Assembly: GCA_041649715.1 (NCBI GenBank)
Contig: JBAZMP010000001.1
Location: forward strand, 18,741 to 82,740
DNA from: Patescibacteria group bacterium
GTDB lineage: Bacteria; Patescibacteriota; Patescibacteriia; JAXHNJ01
DNA: 64,000 nucleotides
Direction: 5' to 3'
Below, one piece after another: positions 1 to 9,672 of the stretch. Numbering within the stretch: position 1 is the stretch's first letter; each line of letters starts with the position of its first letter. The position numbers and the translations under genes were made by a program. The notes beneath the pieces were generated by a model. It saw only the letters and a list, made by a program, of their open reading frames with translations, had not been told where the DNA came from and made no database searches.

Positions 1-38
1 AAATTAAACTTTTTATACTATAATGAATTGATAGCCAT

Positions 39-1058
39 ATGAAACTTTCTCTTTTTAATTATCATTTACCCAAGGAATCAATTGCCCAGAAGCCGGCCAA
101 ACCCCGTGAGAATTCGCGCTTGATGGTTCTAGAACGGAAAGAAAAGACGATCAGACATGATCATTTTTATAATCTGCCGAAATATCTGCGAAAAGGCGAT
201 GTTTTGGTATTCAACGATTCCAAGGTTTTTCCGGCTCGCCTGCCCGCCAGAAAAAAAACCGGCGGCAGGCTGGAAGTTTTTCTTTTAAGACCGGAGGGCA
301 AATATTGGGAGTGTTTAGTAGGAGGAAGAGTCAGACGGGAAGGAATGGAATTTTCCGTGGGGCCGAAACTATCAGGCAAAATCGTTAAAAAAATAGGGAA
401 AGGTGTCTGGCACGTAAAGTTCAATTTAAGCGGCAATAAGTTCTGGCAAGCCGTGAATAAATATGGTAAGGCCCCGACGCCGCCGTATATCAAAAGAACT
501 TCCGATTTAAAAGAATACCAAACGGTTTTTGCCAGAAATTTAGGCTCGGTGGCCGCGCCGACGGCCGGATTTCATTTTAGCAAAAAGTTAATCAAGAATT
601 TACGAAATTCAGGAATTAAGACCGAATTCGTCACCTTGCATGTGGGCTACGGCACTTTTCAGCCGGTAAAAGTGGAGGATATTACCAAACATAAGATGCA
701 CGAAGAGTTTTTAGAGATAAAAAAAGAAGTGATTCAGAAGTTATTTAAATATAAAAAAGAAGGCCGGCGGATTATCGCGGTGGGTACGACCTCGGCTCGG
801 GTTTTGGAAGGAATTATCGCAAAATATAAAAAGGCGCCGAATAAAGATATTCTCAGTCAAACAAATATTTTTATTTACCCTGGCCATAAATTCAAATTCA
901 TTGACGGTCTAATCACTAATTTTCATCTGCCGAAAAGCACGCTCTTGATGCTCGTCAGCGCTTTCGCCGGCTTGCCTTTTATTAAAAAAGCTTATCAAAA
1001 CGCGATCAGAAAAAAATACAGGTTTTATTCCTTCGGTGATGGAATGCTTATATTATAA
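39..1058 (+). CDS. queA: S-adenosylmethionine:tRNA ribosyltransferase-isomerase
   Basis: N-term FNYHLPKESIAQKP, YQTVFA..GSVAAPTAGFHF, TLHVGYGTF, TNFHLPKSTL, YRFYSFGDGMLI motifs. Confidence 0.97.
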   Translation: MKLSLFNYHLPKESIAQKPAKPRENSRLMVLERKEKTIRHDHFYNLPKYLRKGDVLVFNDSKVFPARLPARKKTGGRLEVFLLRPEGKYWECLVGGRVRREGMEFSVGPKLSGKIVKKIGKGVWHVKFNLSGNKFWQAVNKYGKAPTPPYIKRTSDLKEYQTVFARNLGSVAAPTAGFHFSKKLIKNLRNSGIKTEFVTLHVGYGTFQPVKVEDITKHKMHEEFLEIKKEVIQKLFKYKKEGRRIIAVGTTSARVLEGIIAKYKKAPNKDILSQTNIFIYPGHKFKFIDGLITNFHLPKSTLLMLVSAFAGLPFIKKAYQNAIRKKYRFYSFGDGMLIL

Positions 1059-1149
1059 TCATCATTTATAAATTGTCTTGACAAAATAAACAAGTTGATG
1101 AATAATGAGTTTAGTCTATTTATCTTCAAAAGTATAAGGAGGTGCAGAG

Positions 1150-1350
1150 ATGAAAGAGGCAGTTAGTATTCTCGCGACAGTCTTGTCTAGTAGCATAAAT
1201 ACAGATGATAAAATCGAGGCAATCAATAGTTTGGCGGATTATTTGCCGGATCACGATGCCGTACACGCCCTCGGAGTTGCCGCAGAGACAGCCACTGACG
1301 GTCGTGTAAGACAAGCCGCTATAAAGGCTCTTGGTGGTCGGACGACATAG
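1150..1350 (+). CDS. small HEAT-repeat-like helical protein
   Basis: AGGAGG RBS at 1137, TTGACA-17-AATAAT promoter at 1078, terminator after; D..VRQAAIKALG resembles a HEAT repeat. Confidence 0.6.
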   Translation: MKEAVSILATVLSSSINTDDKIEAINSLADYLPDHDAVHALGVAAETATDGRVRQAAIKALGGRTT

Positions 1351-1366
1351 GCAATGCCAAAATCGC

Positions 1367-1393
1367 AAACCGCTCTGAAAAATGGGCGGTTTT
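1367..1393 (+). terminator. intrinsic terminator
   Basis: aaaccgctc...gggcggtttt hairpin after the small ORF. Confidence 0.6.
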
Positions 1394-1461
1394 ACTCTTT
1401 CGGCGACGGGAGGCTGATTTTTTCTGTTTGACAGGTGTTTTGGCCTTTGTTAGAATAATAA

Positions 1462-1623
1462 GGTTCTTTCTTGCGCAACGCTATCGCTTAATCGTTGTGT
1501 GTCGTTTTCTCACTTTCTCCGTTCTCGCTTTGGCGCTAGCGTTGCGCCTATTTCACGCGTGCGGCCGGGTTTTCCTCGTTTTTCGAAGAATGCGGTCTGA
1601 TCCATAACCCGGCCGCTTTTTTT
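1462..1623 (+). ncRNA. putative structured small RNA, unit 1
   Basis: TTGACA(1428)-17-TAGAAT(1451) with extended TG; stem gcgcaacgcta/tagcgttgcgc; terminal stem gcggccgggtt/aacccggccgc followed by T7; no ORF called. Confidence 0.55.
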
Positions 1624-1691
1624 ATCCGGCAAGAAGTCGAATTATTAAGGGTATATTTGACAAATAGGTATCATTTTTCTAAGATGGATTC

Positions 1692-1796
1692 AATTGCTCT
1701 GGGCAAGGCCAGAGAGTGGGTCTTGCTAATATGCCTAGGCTGGGCTAGAGTGCTTTGGGATTCCCCTCCGTGGAGCACTCACCCAGCCGTTTTTTT
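1692..1796 (+). ncRNA. putative structured small RNA, unit 2
   Basis: TTGACA(1657)-17-TAAGAT(1680); ctctgg/ccagag hairpin; long ggctggg..gagtgct/agcactc..cccagcc hairpin followed by T7. Confidence 0.5.
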
Positions 1797-1848
1797 ATTA
1801 TCCTTTTAAGATCTTGACAAAATAACTTCTATGTCCTAATATAATATT

Positions 1849-2071
1849 TCCGTTCATTCCGATATTTTTGGTAACCACCCAGCCGGGGGCAATCCCGTCT
1901 TCCCCTAGAAGATGAGCCGCTTAAATCGCCCCCAATAAGACTGTTGTCTTGGCTCCCCGCCGGACATAGAATTCGCCTCATGAATTCTGGCGCGTTACCT
2001 ACGAGGCGGCCATCCACACTGGTAATGAGTCCCTAAAAATCCTCATAAATCCAGCTGGCCGCCTTTTTTTT
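1849..2071 (+). ncRNA. putative multi-stem small RNA, unit 3
   Basis: TTGACA(1814)-17-TAATAT(1837); ggtaac/gttacc closing stem with internal hairpins; aggcggcca/tggccgcct terminator followed by a T run. Confidence 0.5.
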
Positions 2072-2234
2072 ATTAATATTTTTCTTTTCGCCCTTGACAA
2101 AAAATAAGGCGGGAGTATGATGGAAATAGACAAACTTTGGTGGCGCAAAAGCAATTTTGCGCTTTTTTGTATTTTGGCGAAATTGCCCCAACAATTAATA
2201 TACTAGTATATAAATACAAAGAAAGGGAAATAAT

Positions 2235-2780
2235 ATGAAAAAAGTTCTTTATTTTCCGCTCTTTTTTCTGATGGCGGCGTTTATTATCGGCGCGGACGCA
2301 AAAGAAGCCAGGGCCTTCAGTTACGCCGGCTATCGCTGGGGCGGCTCCTGGCCATATGTCACGGTGGATTATAGCCCGGTAGCGGTCAATGCTTGGCGGA
2401 ATATCATCGCCAATATGATGTCCGACTGGAATAATACCCGGGCGCGCTATATTTTTCAGGCGGGCTCCTCGAACAATAAAGTCACGGTGACTTGGCGGAA
2501 TAGCCACGCGATTGCCACGACTAGCATTTATCGCCAGTGGTGGGGCGGCGGGAATGTTTCGAAAGTCACGGTCGCCATCAACAGTTATCACGCGTTTTAT
2601 CCGGTTCAGGCTTCCGGATATGATTTGGCGACGGTCATGCGCCATGAATTCGGCCATTGGCTGGTTTTGAACCATACGAACCCGCCTAGTTTGATGCAGC
2701 CGAGTTTAAGCCCCCGAGAGGTCCAATATGTCGGATTGGACGACCGGAACGGAATAAGATATATTTATGGGACAAGATAA
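2235..2780 (+). CDS. secreted matrixin-like (metzincin) Zn metalloprotease
   Basis: signal peptide; HEFGHWLVLNH zinc motif; SLMQP Met-turn; DDRNGIRYIYG C-terminus. Confidence 0.85.
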   Translation: MKKVLYFPLFFLMAAFIIGADAKEARAFSYAGYRWGGSWPYVTVDYSPVAVNAWRNIIANMMSDWNNTRARYIFQAGSSNNKVTVTWRNSHAIATTSIYRQWWGGGNVSKVTVAINSYHAFYPVQASGYDLATVMRHEFGHWLVLNHTNPPSLMQPSLSPREVQYVGLDDRNGIRYIYGTR

Positions 2781-2784
2781 TCAT

Positions 2785-3333
2785 ATGACAGCCAAAAAAC
2801 AAGTTATCCGCGTAGTTATTATCGTCGTGGTTTTGGTCGCCGTTTTCTTCGGCGGCCGGGAATTGTATTATGCCAAGCATATCACCCGGCAGAGCCTGAT
2901 GGTAAAACTGACGGCCGAGGAATTGGTCAGGGATTCAAATATAATTATGCAGGGAACAGTGACAAAGTCTCTGGGAACAAAAAGGTACGCCGATGAAAAT
3001 GGCGAGATAATGGTGAGCACTCGCTGGCAGGTGAAAGTGGATAAACAGTACAAAGGAGAAAATTTTGGGACGGTTATCGTGCAAACGCCGGGTGGCCGCT
3101 ATGGTTTAACCGAGGTAATCGTGGAGGATGCCGCCGTTCTAACGCCAGAAGAAAAGGTGCTGTTGTATCTCAGTCAGGCAGAAGATGAAGGGGAATACCG
3201 GGTAGTGGGCGAATTGCAGGGAAAATTTGAAGTGTCCGAAGATACCGCCGGCAATGTCACTTTTATCCAGCAAGGCACCGATGAAATAAAGACTCCGGAT
3301 AAATTACAAACAGAAATTTCTGTCGTAGAATAA
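2785..3333 (+). CDS. membrane-anchored protein, possible TIMP/NTR-like beta-barrel
   Basis: N-terminal TM helix; EELVRDSNIIMQGTV...WQVKVDKQYKG pattern; closely coupled to the protease gene. Confidence 0.55.
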   Translation: MTAKKQVIRVVIIVVVLVAVFFGGRELYYAKHITRQSLMVKLTAEELVRDSNIIMQGTVTKSLGTKRYADENGEIMVSTRWQVKVDKQYKGENFGTVIVQTPGGRYGLTEVIVEDAAVLTPEEKVLLYLSQAEDEGEYRVVGELQGKFEVSEDTAGNVTFIQQGTDEIKTPDKLQTEISVVE

Positions 3334-3395
3334 ATAAGGAAATCAAAAAGGCCCTGATACAACCAGGCCTTTTTGGTATTTTTGTTTTTATATAA

Positions 3396-6119
3396 TTAGT
3401 TGAATCCGGCCACCGTTATCCCCCCGCGGAAACTGGAAGAAAAAGCCATAAAATTAGCAATGAAATTTCCAGCCATCCCAAAAATTTTCACTTCCGGGCC
3501 GATATAGCCGGTGCTGACCGAGGTGATAATTTCATTGATGCCGTCGTTATTAAAATCGCCTGACCCAAGGTTTAGCCCGCCGCGGAAAGCGTTACTGTAG
3601 ACCATAAATTGGTTTTTTACGTTTCCATCCCGGTCAAAGACTCTCACCTGTGGCCCGCCGGATGATTGCGGAGCGGCGATTATTTCGGCTGTTCCGTCAT
3701 TATCTATATCGCTAGCCGCGAGATTGACGCCGCCGCGAAAAGTGGCGGCAAAGGCGAAAAATTGGCTTAAGACCGTTCCGTCAGCCTCAAAGATTCTCAC
3801 CTGCGGCCCGCCGCCCGCTCCGGCGCCGGCGATAATCTCCGAGACACCGTCGCCATTCACATCGTCAGCGGCGACCTTTACGCCGCCGCGGAAAGTGGCG
3901 GCAAAGGCGAAAAATTGTTCTTTCAGATTTCCCTTATAATCAAAGATCCTGATGTGCGGCCCGCCGCCCGCTCCGGCGCCGGCGATAATTTCCACCTTGC
4001 CGTCCCCATCAACGTCGCCGGCGGCGATATTGACCTCGCCCCGGAAGGTGGTGGCGTAGGCAAAGAACTGGCTGACCAGTTGGCCGCCGCCCGTGAAAAT
4101 CCTCACCTGCGGCCCGCCGGACGATTTTGGCCCGGTAACTATTTCTTCCGCGCCGTCCTGATTGATATCGGCGGCCACGACATTTAGACCCCCGCGGAAA
4201 GTGGCGGCAAAGGCGAGGAATTCCCCCGTTAATTTATTTTCGGAATTAAAACCCCTAACGCGCGGCAATTCACCGGAACCTAAGCCGATCAGAATATTGT
4301 TTTTAGGATATGAATAAACCTCTCGGGTTATAGAAGTAACATGACCCGCCCTGTCTTCGACCGAATAAGTCAGGCTGTTTATTCCCTTGTTTAAAATGAG
4401 TTCTTCCGAAAAAGTCGCGGCCGTGGTTTCTTGAGCATGATCGTCAATAGATAAGCTGATCACTCCGGAGGTGGCGTCACTCATAGTTCCCTTCGAGACC
4501 AGGCTTGAAGCGTAAACCGTTTGATCGGCGAACGGCAGGCTGATTTGAAGGCTCGGGGCGGCCGTATCAACATAGATGTAAGCGCTCTTTTTCATCTCGT
4601 TATTGCTGATGATGTCCTTGGAATAATATTCTATTAAGTGTTGTCCGTCTGCCAGGGAAAAAGACTGCGAGTATAATTTCCAGCTACCGGAATTGATCCG
4701 GTAATAAGTCGCCGCCACCCCGTTGTTGTCGGTGGCGGAAAGAGTTATTCGAGGATAAGTGATAAAATAGCCGTTATCGCCGTCAGGCTCGGCTGGCTTT
4801 GTGGTCAGGGTGGTGGTCGGTGAATTTATATCGTTTTCCGCCAAAGCGAAAGCGCCCTCGATATCTAGCAAGCCATAGCCGAAAGTGGTGTCATAGCCGG
4901 CCAGCCCCAGGTCTTTGGCGCCGTTTAAAAGGGCGGCTTCGGTTTTTTCCGCCGTCAAGCCAGACGATAATAGCAGGGCGGCGGCGGCCGTGACATGGGG
5001 AGCCGCTTGGGAAGTGCCGTTGAGGCTGGCTTGCCGGAAACGAGAACAGGTCGGGGGATTGGTGCAGTATTCCGCCAAGATGTTTTCTCCCGGCGCCATC
5101 AGGTCCAGGCCGGCTCCGTAATTGGAAAAAGCGGATATTTCATCCGTTTGTTTGGTGGCGCCGACGGCGATCACTTCCGGGTAAGCGGCCGGGTAATATA
5201 TCCGGTCGTTGCTGTCGTTGCCGGTGGAGGCGACGATGATAAGGCCGGCGTTGACGGCGTCTTTTATGGCGGTATATAATATTTCAGAACTGGTTTCTCC
5301 GCCCAGGCTCATGTTGATGACGTCCGCGCCATTTTCCCGCGCATAATCAATCCCTTGGGCGACCACCGCGGCCGTGGTCGTAGAATCATGTTTTATGACC
5401 CGGACCGGCATAATTGAGATATTAAAGGCGATGCCCGCAATGGCGCGGTCATTGTCAGTGGAAGCGGCGATGATCTCCGCGATTGAAGTGCCGTGGCCGT
5501 CGTCGTCATTGGGGTGCTTGTCATTTTCCATAAAGTCATAGCCGGCGACAAAATTGGTGTTTTCCAGATCCGGGGCGCGAATAAAGGAACCGTAATTTTC
5601 ATAAGCCACGCCGGTATCCAGCACGGCCACCACAATACTCGAACTGCCGCCGTACAAAGGAGGAGTGGCGTCATAATCCCAGGCCAGGGCCGTATTTATT
5701 TTCGCCAAATTCCATTGCTGGCTGTAATAAGGGTCGTTTGGGGAAAAAGTGTTTATCTTCAAGATATAATTTAGTTCGGCATATTTGACGTATGGATTTT
5801 TTTCGTAGGTCGCCACCAACTCGGGAATATTCTTGTTTTCGTCAAAATTTAGCTGAAATGAACCATAAAGGCTGGATGTTTTTTTCTCGCTTAAGGGTTT
5901 GATTTTTATCACGCCTTGATTTTTGTTCAAAGCATCAAGAGAACTAAGGGAAAATATTCCCCGGTTACCTAGATTCTCCAAGGCGGCGGCCTGGTAGGTT
6001 TCTTTGAGTTTAAGAATGAGGGAGTTTTGCGGGTAATCTGACTGGTTCGCTTTTGCCCCATTAACAAAAAATGCCGATAGCAGGCAGCTGAAGGCAAAAA
6101 TTGCGAAAAATTTTTTCAT
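3396..6119 (-). CDS. secreted S8 subtilisin-like protease with Ig-like domains and C-terminal FG-GAP/VCBS repeats
   Basis: catalytic LDTG, HGT, GTSQAAPHV; repeated DVDGDG..EIIAGAG.GGGP.VRIF / FFAFAATFRGG units. Confidence 0.92.
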   Translation of the reverse strand: MKKFFAIFAFSCLLSAFFVNGAKANQSDYPQNSLILKLKETYQAAALENLGNRGIFSLSSLDALNKNQGVIKIKPLSEKKTSSLYGSFQLNFDENKNIPELVATYEKNPYVKYAELNYILKINTFSPNDPYYSQQWNLAKINTALAWDYDATPPLYGGSSSIVVAVLDTGVAYENYGSFIRAPDLENTNFVAGYDFMENDKHPNDDDGHGTSIAEIIAASTDNDRAIAGIAFNISIMPVRVIKHDSTTTAAVVAQGIDYARENGADVINMSLGGETSSEILYTAIKDAVNAGLIIVASTGNDSNDRIYYPAAYPEVIAVGATKQTDEISAFSNYGAGLDLMAPGENILAEYCTNPPTCSRFRQASLNGTSQAAPHVTAAAALLLSSGLTAEKTEAALLNGAKDLGLAGYDTTFGYGLLDIEGAFALAENDINSPTTTLTTKPAEPDGDNGYFITYPRITLSATDNNGVAATYYRINSGSWKLYSQSFSLADGQHLIEYYSKDIISNNEMKKSAYIYVDTAAPSLQISLPFADQTVYASSLVSKGTMSDATSGVISLSIDDHAQETTAATFSEELILNKGINSLTYSVEDRAGHVTSITREVYSYPKNNILIGLGSGELPRVRGFNSENKLTGEFLAFAATFRGGLNVVAADINQDGAEEIVTGPKSSGGPQVRIFTGGGQLVSQFFAYATTFRGEVNIAAGDVDGDGKVEIIAGAGAGGGPHIRIFDYKGNLKEQFFAFAATFRGGVKVAADDVNGDGVSEIIAGAGAGGGPQVRIFEADGTVLSQFFAFAATFRGGVNLAASDIDNDGTAEIIAAPQSSGGPQVRVFDRDGNVKNQFMVYSNAFRGGLNLGSGDFNNDGINEIITSVSTGYIGPEVKIFGMAGNFIANFMAFSSSFRGGITVAGFN

Positions 6120-6137
6120 GCCGTAATTATACCAGAT

Positions 6138-8051
6138 TTAGTAGATTTTTTTAATCTCCACGCCGGTGTAATAGTGTTTTAATATTTCCAGCCAGGTTTT
6201 ATTATCATTTTGCGCCATGGCTCTTGCTCCGGTGCCGGACAAACCGACGCCATGGCCCCACAAGGTCATCCCTTGGCAATAGGGATCACTGACCGAGACC
6301 AGCCAGGGCTTGGCGCTGCCGCCGAAGACCTCGGTCCAAGCGCGGGTGCGCCCGTCTGAGCGGGAAAAATAAGGGGTGATGACGACCGCATTTTGATAAG
6401 TGACCGCCTGACCCGCGGTTTGGAGGGCATAAGTCGTGATTTGGGGGGAGCGAATTTCCACGTTATATCCCCGGTAGATTTGATCATTGGCCGAGTCATC
6501 CAGGGTAAAGTTGTCGTCTTTGTGCTTGAGGCCGCCTGTATTTATGTGGTACAGGGCGTATGTCCGAGCGGCGGTGATAAGAGCCTTTATGTATTCTTTC
6601 GGCTGGTCGCCGGAAGTTTCGCCCAAGCCTCGCAGGTAGGCCTCTAAAGAAAGTTCGTTGATGACCCAAGTTTTGCGCGAAGAGGCGGAATAGCGGATTT
6701 CCAAACTCCCTCGGAATTTATTATCATTGATGGTTTTGTTCCATTCGGTCAGGTTTGACCAGGAAGTGATTTCAAAAACCGTTTCCGGATTGTCGGAGGT
6801 AAAACGGATATAATTACTCAATGATTTTGAATAGCCGGGCGCTTTGACCAGATACTGACCGGTGATAAATTCCACGGAAGATTCTTCGCCGTTTACCTTG
6901 GCTAAAATATTATTGGCGCCGTCTCTTAAGGCATAGGGGCTGTTCGCCCTGATCTTCACCGCGCCGGTGGCGTCATAAAGACCGATCCGGATATTTGGTT
7001 CGCCGGCCTTGTTAGTAATGTCCGGGGGAGTGTATGTTTCTTTTTCCGCCACGGTGATCGGAATGGTCACTTGCCCGCCGCTTATCCATTCTAAATTTTC
7101 CGCCACCAGGCCGAAGCTTTCCCGGTAGTTGCCTTCGGTCACCGGCGCTTGAAGTGCGAAGCGGAAACGGCCGATTTCTCCGGGCTTTACTTCGTTATTA
7201 AGCAGGACGGCCGGCCGGTAATAGACTGGCCAAAAGATATGTCTAAAAAGGCTTTGGCGGCCGGCGGGATTAGAAACGTTCATGGCGATGAAGTTCTCCC
7301 CGGTATTGTACCAGGTGGCGGTGCCCCGATTGCGGAAATCTACCTCAAAGGTCAAAGCCTTGCCTGGTTCTATCTTGATGGATGAAGCCGTTGCCCCGGC
7401 TAGTTCGGCTTTGTAGGGTTTTACCACTTCGATCGGAATCGAAAATTCACCGCCGGTTATCCATTCTAGATTTTCGGCCACGAGGGCGAAATTTTCCGTG
7501 TAATCGCCGGCCGTTGGCGGAGCGTTTAAGGCAAAAATAAAACGGCCGGTTTCTCCGGGTTTTACTTCGGGATTAGAGAGCCGGCAGGGCCGATAAAAAT
7601 ACTCCTTCCAATATGGATGCCGGAAAGGACTGACCCGGCCGGCGGGTAAGCTGACATTTAGGGCGATAAAATTATTTCCGGTATTATGCCAGGTTTTTGT
7701 TCCGGTATTTTTAAAATCCACCCAAAAAGTCAAGGATTTTCCCGGCTGCATGCGCAAAGAAGGGTAGGCCCTGTTAATCATTTTCGCCTGATAGTCCTCG
7801 GCGACGCTGGTGGTTTTGACCCCGAGAACAAGGCCGTTTTTCTGATAACCGGCTTGGATATATTCCGTGACAGAATTTATGGCATTTTCGGGCCTGATCT
7901 CTTCGGCGAGGGCCGTATTTCCAGCGATGATCTTTTCTTCGGCCAGACGCAGGCCGAAAGCGGCCAGGCTTACTATGGCGTACATAAAAAGGACGGGAAA
8001 AATGATTTCCCAGGGTTTTGCGGCGCTGAATTTTTGTTTTTGTTTTCCCAC
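6138..8051 (-). CDS. SpoIID/LytB-domain lytic transglycosylase with two NBR1-type Ig-like domains
   Basis: VINELSLEAYLRG, KA..TAARTYA, DQIYRG, GHGVGLSGTGA, ILKHYYTGV; repeats FKNTGTKTW..V.PGE.GRF.F.L.AP. Confidence 0.88.
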   Translation of the reverse strand: MGKQKQKFSAAKPWEIIFPVLFMYAIVSLAAFGLRLAEEKIIAGNTALAEEIRPENAINSVTEYIQAGYQKNGLVLGVKTTSVAEDYQAKMINRAYPSLRMQPGKSLTFWVDFKNTGTKTWHNTGNNFIALNVSLPAGRVSPFRHPYWKEYFYRPCRLSNPEVKPGETGRFIFALNAPPTAGDYTENFALVAENLEWITGGEFSIPIEVVKPYKAELAGATASSIKIEPGKALTFEVDFRNRGTATWYNTGENFIAMNVSNPAGRQSLFRHIFWPVYYRPAVLLNNEVKPGEIGRFRFALQAPVTEGNYRESFGLVAENLEWISGGQVTIPITVAEKETYTPPDITNKAGEPNIRIGLYDATGAVKIRANSPYALRDGANNILAKVNGEESSVEFITGQYLVKAPGYSKSLSNYIRFTSDNPETVFEITSWSNLTEWNKTINDNKFRGSLEIRYSASSRKTWVINELSLEAYLRGLGETSGDQPKEYIKALITAARTYALYHINTGGLKHKDDNFTLDDSANDQIYRGYNVEIRSPQITTYALQTAGQAVTYQNAVVITPYFSRSDGRTRAWTEVFGGSAKPWLVSVSDPYCQGMTLWGHGVGLSGTGARAMAQNDNKTWLEILKHYYTGVEIKKIY

Positions 8052-8232
8052 TTATTTTTTAGCGATTAAAAAAAGTGCCAAAAGCCTCTGACACTATCTT
8101 TATTCACCCGTGTTTTTGCTTTTTATTTTCTAATATCATTTTAGCACAAAAAACGGGAAAAGTCAAGATACTGATGATTGACCAAAGCGTCTTAAAATGT
8201 TAAATTATAAACACTAATTTTTTCTAAATTTT

Positions 8233-9672
8233 ATGTCTTTAACCGGCCAAGTCGGCAGAAATACGCTTATCCAGGTGGTGGGAAAAATTTTAGGGACAAT
8301 CTTGGGTTTGATCGTCATCGGTCTGCTCACCCGTTATCTGGGGACAGAAGGTTACGGCCAATACACGACCATCATCGCCTATTTGGGTTTCTTTTCCGTG
8401 ATCGCCGACCTGGGTCTGTATTTGATTGTTCTGCGGGAGATTTCGAAAAAAGACGCCGAACCGGAAAAGATCCTGGGTAATGTCATTACTTTGCGGATAA
8501 TTTTTGCCGTCTTGATCTTGGGAGTGGGCGCGATCGTCGCTTTTTTTCTGGATTACCCGCCGGTCGTAAAATGGGGGATTTTGTTGGGGACGATAAATTT
8601 TGTTTTCGTCGCTCTGACCGGAGTGTTGACCAGCATTTTCCAGAAATTTCTGAAGATGTATAAAGTGATCTTCGGCGAAATATTCGGCCGCCTCGTTCTG
8701 CTGGTTTTCACCTTGATCTTTATCGGTTTGAAGCTGAATTTAATTTTTATCATCTTATCGGTGATTTTAGGGAGTTTTGCCAATTTTTTCCTGGTTTACC
8801 GGATGGCGGTCAAATACGTCCCCATCCGTTTTCTTTTTGATTTTTCCTACTGGAAATATATTTTAAAGGAGACCTGGCCTTTGGCCATTTCTGTTATTTT
8901 AAACCTCATATATTTTAAAATAGACACGGTCATTCTTTCTTTGATGAAACCGGCGGCCGATGTCGGGCTTTACGGGGCCTCATACAAGATTTTGGAAGTG
9001 TTGGTGACCCTGCCCAATATGTTCGTCGGTTTGATCCTGCCCCTGCTTACCTATTATGCCTTTTTAAACCGGGAAAAATTCATCGAAATCTTCCGCCGCG
9101 CTTTTGATTTTTTGATTTTAGTGACTGTCCCGCTGGTCACCGGCGGTTTTCTTCTGGCTAAACCCTTGATTTTGCTGGTCGGCGGCCAGGATTTTGCTAA
9201 AGCCGTTCCCATTTTCCAAATCCTCATTTTTGCCGTCGGCTGCCTTTTTTTGGGGAGTCTGAGCGGCCATACCATCGTAGCCATTAATAAGCAAAGGAAC
9301 ATGGTCTGGGGCTATTTGACCGTGGCGGCCCTGGGCCTGGTCTTGTACCTGATATTAATCCCGCCCTTTTCTTATATCGGGGCGGCCGTCGGCACGGTGA
9401 CCACGGAATTCACGATCGCGGCCATCGGTTATTACATCATTTTAAAAACGATGAAGTTCGCGCTGCCCTACAAAATTTTTGCGAAATCAATCATTGCTTC
9501 TGCGGTGATGGCCGGTTTTCTTTACGCCGCTTCCGGCTTTAACCTGATCATACAGCTGGTCGTCGGGGCCGTGATTTATATCGGGATTTCCTACGTTTTA
9601 AAGAGTTTTTCCAAAGACGAAGTTTTGTCCATTATCAAAATACGGGAGGAGGAAAAAAATCATGTTGAATAA
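8233..9672 (+). CDS. Wzx-type flippase (polysaccharide export)
   Basis: LTRYLGTEGYGQY, DLGL, IDTVILS..VGLYGASYK; many TM segments. Confidence 0.9.
   Translation: MSLTGQVGRNTLIQVVGKILGTILGLIVIGLLTRYLGTEGYGQYTTIIAYLGFFSVIADLGLYLIVLREISKKDAEPEKILGNVITLRIIFAVLILGVGAIVAFFLDYPPVVKWGILLGTINFVFVALTGVLTSIFQKFLKMYKVIFGEIFGRLVLLVFTLIFIGLKLNLIFIILSVILGSFANFFLVYRMAVKYVPIRFLFDFSYWKYILKETWPLAISVILNLIYFKIDTVILSLMKPAADVGLYGASYKILEVLVTLPNMFVGLILPLLTYYAFLNREKFIEIFRRAFDFLILVTVPLVTGGFLLAKPLILLVGGQDFAKAVPIFQILIFAVGCLFLGSLSGHTIVAINKQRNMVWGYLTVAALGLVLYLILIPPFSYIGAAVGTVTTEFTIAAIGYYIILKTMKFALPYKIFAKSIIASAVMAGFLYAASGFNLIIQLVVGAVIYIGISYVLKSFSKDEVLSIIKIREEEKNHVE

Noticed and set aside
3580-4220. Periodic DNA repeats (ccgcggaaagtggcggcaaaggcg) resembling an array
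   Set aside because: They are coding FG-GAP repeats of the S8 protease, not CRISPR.
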